Source: Octopus sinensis (lineage: Eukaryota). Taken from it: a stretch of 64,000 nt of DNA. The position numbers were made by a program, and so were the translations under genes. The stretch is from assembly GCF_006345805.1 (NCBI RefSeq), contig NC_043006.1:15934001-15998000 (forward strand). The letters run 5' to 3'. Position 1 is the stretch's first letter; each line of letters begins with the position of its first letter. The notes beneath the pieces are model-generated. The model made no database searches, was not told where the DNA came from, and worked only from the letters and a program-made list of their open reading frames with translations. Shown piece by piece: positions 63,828-64,000 of this stretch.

Positions 63828-64000
63828 ACAACAATATTAAGGAATGGCCTTGATATTGGCAAACCGATTTAATTAAATTAAATTAAATCTATTTGCCACT
63901 GGCCTGTCTCGTCAGCAAAGAAGCCAGGGAAATATATATCCATGAGGCGACAGCATCGACGCCTCGAGAATATATATTCTAAATTTTCAAAATCTACCGT

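Overview
Eukaryotic, AT-rich, repeat-saturated genomic DNA. The repeat landscape (tRNA-derived SINEs, an R4/Dong-type LINE, CR1 and RTE fragments, mariners, Helitrons, dense AT/AGAT microsatellites) is typical of an Octopus genome; this is an inference, not a database match. The only host gene I can support is at the left edge: the 3' coding part (2-1132, +, open at the window start) of a multi-copy neuropeptide precursor of the molluscan FCAP (feeding circuit activating peptide) type. It has 13 xFDSLGGAFMPx-GKR units followed by 7 units of a second, acidic QFDTLEG(E/G)I(S/T/F)PPG-GKR peptide. The remaining ~62 kb looks like intergenic DNA made of decayed transposons, SINEs and microsatellites, with a 100-N gap at 27945-28044. 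Most of the supplied ORFs are microsatellite or repeat artefacts. The most notable non-genic signal is a set of type I hammerhead-ribozyme folds in small dispersed elements. Two have a fully canonical core and sit in a ~243-bp inverted duplication (8095-8177 minus, 9652-9736 plus). Three more lie in unrelated sequence (29408, 47426, 56320), and a dispersed family carries variant cores with co-varying stems. Other observations: SINE-LINE shared 3' hairpins, modular SINE head/tail swapping, SINE multimers with a fixed junction, and a 121-bp direct repeat flanking a SINE.
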